Positions 60,178-64,000 of a DNA stretch of 64,000 nt are shown here, one piece after another. The translations under genes were made by a program, and so were the position numbers. Source of the DNA: Azolla caroliniana. Its lineage: Eukaryota > Plantae > Polypodiophyta. Each line of letters starts with the position of its first letter. Position 1 is the first letter of the stretch. The stretch is taken from the NCBI GenBank assembly GCA_043228905.1, contig JBHGNT010000010.1, forward strand, positions 4,526,001-4,590,000, in the 5' to 3' direction. The notes beneath the pieces were generated by a model. The model was not told the DNA's origin, did not search any database, and saw nothing but the letters and a program-made list of their open reading frames with translations.

Positions 60178-62179
60178 ATGTCAGAATCACCTACAGTGTT
60201 GTCTTCCTTAACTGACAAGTTCCATGACTTAATTGATTCGAGTCATTCCGAGGTTAAACAAGAGCCCCCAAAACAAGAAGGTTCAAGTAATTCCGAGGTC
60301 AAAGATGAGCCCTCAAAACCTGTGAAAAAACGTCTTTTCAACCGAGAGAGGTCTCTACATGCCATTTTTGGTGGTGGAAAAGGTATTTGTTTCTGTATGC
60401 ATAAGTGTTTTTAACTATGAACTTTTCAATTGGACGGTGTGCAACGATAAATGATTGTAATTTAGTGTATGCATTTGGATGGTGTAAATGATACCTGAAT
60501 CAAAATTTAATGTTTTCATTTGGATTGTATATATATGATCCGTGAACCATGATTGAAATTGAATTTGATGGTGCCTAATTTGACTGAATGCATTTGGATG
60601 CTGTATAAATTGTATATGAAACAAAATGTGTCCATTTGGATGATTTACGAGTGATACATGAATGGCAATTGAGTGTATTCATTTGGATTATGTACTAGTG
60701 ATAAAAATGACACTTGAATGTATTCATTTGGATTATGTACCAATGATGAAAATGACAATTGAATGTATCCTTCTGGATTGTGCACTAATGATATATGAAT
60801 CACGATTGAATGTGTGCATTTGGATAGCATATTAGTAATATGCAAATCACAGTTAAATGCAATCATTGAGATGATGCGAAAATGGTACATAAATTACCAT
60901 TGAATGTATTCATTCTGATGGTGTAGAAATTATCTACGAATTATAATTGGACATATTCATTTGGATGTTCTATAAATGATTATTTCAGTTAAATTGGTAA
61001 TGCGGAATTTCCCAACCTGATTATTTTACTATTCTCAGCTGCTGATGCCTTCCTATGGAGGCATAAGATAACATCAGGAGCAATATTAGGCATAGCCACG
61101 ATTGCATATTATCTTCTTGAGCATTCAGGCTACAGTCTTTTGACGATTATCTCAAATATACTTCTTTTGGCCTTTGGTGTCCTATTTTTGTGGTCAAATG
61201 CTGCTGTTTTCTTAAACAGGTATAGTTAAAACTCAAGCTATACAATATAACAATGAATTTGATATATGTCTTAACAGATGCTTCAGAGTGTGATATAACT
61301 TGATACAAATATATCTGTTTTATGTTTTTTTCTTCCAAAAATGATAGGTCTCCTCCACCTTTGCCTAATCTCGAGATTTCTGAGAAGGTAGCAAATAGCT
61401 TGGCTTTGGCTTTGAGGGAGGAAATCAACAAAGCTTTGGTCATTGCTCATGACATTGCACTCGGAAAGGATTTGAAGAAGTTTCTTAAGGTGGTTTACTT
61501 CTAATTTTTCTGACAAAACATAAATAATGTTCTGGTTCGGATGTTCTTGATTTTGATTTTAATTTTAACTTTTAAGAGGTATATTTGTAGGTTGTGGCAG
61601 TTTTATGGGGTCTTTCTATTGTAGGAGGCTGGTTCCATTTTCTAACACTTGTCTATCTCGGTAATGTGTTGTCTATTTCGAACTCATTTCTCTATACATA
61701 ATGATTTAGGTAATAGACATGTACATATATGTTTAATCAACATTTGAGCATTCTGATAATGTAGATATCTTAATTCCCTTGTTTCCCTAGATTTCTTAAA
61801 TGGTGATGCTTTCATGCTGATTTGATGTAATAATCATGATGATCATGTATTATAATGATGGATGCATTTGTTAATCGTGGAAGAGTTATGTTAATCACTG
61901 TGTCCAATGATATGCAATTATTGTTGTTGCCTGCACTATCTTTGTTGTCTATGAGACATATGAAGATCTGCCTGAGGCATACTAATCATGAATGTGTTAT
62001 GATATGCAGTTATTGTTGTTGCCCACACTATACCTGTTGTCTATGAGACATATGAAGAACAGATAGAGACATACGCCAAATATGGATTTGAGGCAGCGCA
62101 AACACATTATAAAAAAGTTGATGAGACATTCTTCAGCAAGGTGTTCAAGAATTTCCCAAAGCTGAAGAAGACAGAGTAA
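60178..62179 (+). CDS. Reticulon-like protein (RTNLB family); coding exons 60178-60382, 61039-61219, 61348-61489, 61591-61660, 62010-62179
   Basis: RLFNRERSLHAIFGGGK|AADAFLWR, hydrophobic reticulon hairpins, IALGKDLKKFLK, HFLTLVY, HTIPVVYE and C-terminal KKTE (KKxx ER retrieval). All introns are GT..AG with consistent phases. Probable 5'UTR intron at ~59418-60157. Confidence 0.93.
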
Positions 62180-62722
62180 GAGCTATGTAAATGCCCATCA
62201 ATAAGAGATGTACATATACTGGGACCCAAGGTTTATGTGACGAGAATGAAAATCTATGGTGTTTGTCTAGTTCAATGCAAAGATAAAATGAAATGGATAT
62301 GCATGAAGGAATGTCTTTATATGGCATTTTTTTTATCTTTTAAGCATTTGGGACATGGATGTTTAAAGTTTCTCTTAAGAGTTCTGTTGTTATGATGTGG
62401 AGGATGTATTAGTCTCAGAAGCTTAACTCCTTTTTCCATTTTTAATGGAGACATTTTTTGGGGGCGCTTTCTTATTGAATGTATTCATTCCTCCCGTGTT
62501 AGTGTAATGTCTCATGTACAATATTATGAACTCTTTTCAGTAACTAATGTTTATTCACCATGTCTATGCCTAATATTAGCTAAAATCATGGGAAACTTCC
62601 AAAATACCCCTAGCTTTTCTTGGGTATTTACCAGAATACACTGATGTTCCCCAAATAAATGGTAAATTCCCACGAAATTGTGATGGATTATGGGTATTTA
62701 GGCGTTTTGCTTCAGTTTATGT

Positions 62723-62846
62723 TTGGATCTATGCTACTGCTATGGTCATTTAGCTAGCATTATCTTTGGATCTATGCTACTGCTATGGTCATTTAGCTTA
62801 GCATTATCTTTGGATCTATGCTACTGCTATGGTCATTTAGCTAGCT
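62723..62846. repeat. ~43-bp tandem repeat x3 (TTTGGATCTATGCTACTGCTATGGTCATTTAGCTAGCATTATC)
   Basis: Read directly downstream of the reticulon gene. Confidence 0.9.
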
Positions 62847-64000
62847 CAGGTTTGCGGTACTTACGATTTTAGTATTACCAAAGATCCTAGTGTGCTATGA
62901 AAACAAGTTTATGGTCCTTTTGTTGTTGAGCTAGAATCAGACTCTGAAAAACATTGTGTTGAATTTCATTGCAATCTACTAATCTGCTATCATTTTCTGA
63001 GTCAATTCTTTTGCTATTTGGTCAAGTGTAATTTAATATTTAGTCTAAGGGAAATTAAATGGGAGGATTTTTTTGAATTTGGGTTTGGAATTTAGGGTAT
63101 GAAACTGGAAGAACATTTTGAATTTGCACTGCATGTGTAATCTTTTTGTAGACTATATACCCAAGACATTGAGGGTGAACATTGGATTTGGGATAAAGAA
63201 TTGTATTATAAGATGATAAAAACTGTGTTAAGGAGATCAGATGTAAGGAATCTTGCAATATCAACAAATAGGTGAATGCATGGTTCATATGCTTTATCTT
63301 TCTTGAAGATGCTTTGTTGAGGTCATCTTTCACCCCCCTCATAAGATATCATATCCAAGACTTTGATCATACCACCAATAAGATACATTAAATCATAGAT
63401 CTATCACGATGACAACAAAAGAAAAGGAACGAAGAATTGAATGGTTTTGGATTATGACAAAACAAAGTCTTAAAGTATATTACGAGTAATCAGCATCTTC
63501 CCATCAAACCACATGATTAAGTATTTCATGTAATTTTTGTTGATATCCTATATGCTATAGAAAGGGCAAGTAACCCTTCAAGCATTGCATTGCATTGCAT
63601 GATGTGAATAATTTGAAAGCCAAACAAACATTAAAGGAGACTTGATAATATTATGGTTGTTTGCGTAATATCATCAAGTTTCATCACTACGTGCCCACAA
63701 AGAGAAGTGCCTTAGTATAAGGGAAAATAAGACGTAGCTTCTAAAATTTCCCTTGTAATGTGAGCTTGGGATTCACTATTTACACTCAAAGGTCACTTTA
63801 TAAGGATTTAGGTTCGTACAATTGTCAAGTTTACACCCCTATAAACCTTGACCCCCAACACTACGAATAAAATTTTCCATACAAATTGATCTATTATTTG
63901 TATGAGGACATGTAGGATTTCACACTTACAAAAGCGACATTAACATGTGCAAAGACTCCTCTTGATCTAAAGACAAGATTGTGACAATTTCTATTGCAAC

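Overview
Nuclear DNA of a land plant; the mix of element lineages suggests a large-genome fern or another non-seed plant (inference). Two intact host genes bracket the window: a two-exon CYP71-clan cytochrome P450 (5042-6981) and a reticulon/RTNLB gene with five coding exons (60178-62179). A possible small membrane-protein gene lies at 138-380. About 48 kb of nested transposons lie between the genes: a very young intact Tnt1/Tork-like Copia (12894-18293) inside an old Copia, a degenerate chromovirus, a MULE, LINE fragments and solo LTRs. The most striking system is a tRNA-Trp-primed, non-chromo Ty3/Gypsy group (elements A, B, C and a solo LTR). All its insertions carry 4-bp TSDs centred on CpG (ACGT, ACGG, GCGG), and two members (A and C) inserted head-to-tail into the same tetranucleotide. 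The group appears to use a -1 frameshift between protease and RT. It also has a young non-autonomous partner (B, 33458-39052) whose only ORF is an intact 1398-aa divergent Gag fused to a long acidic tail of higher-order repeats. Identities and SNP counts were judged by eye; no database search was run.
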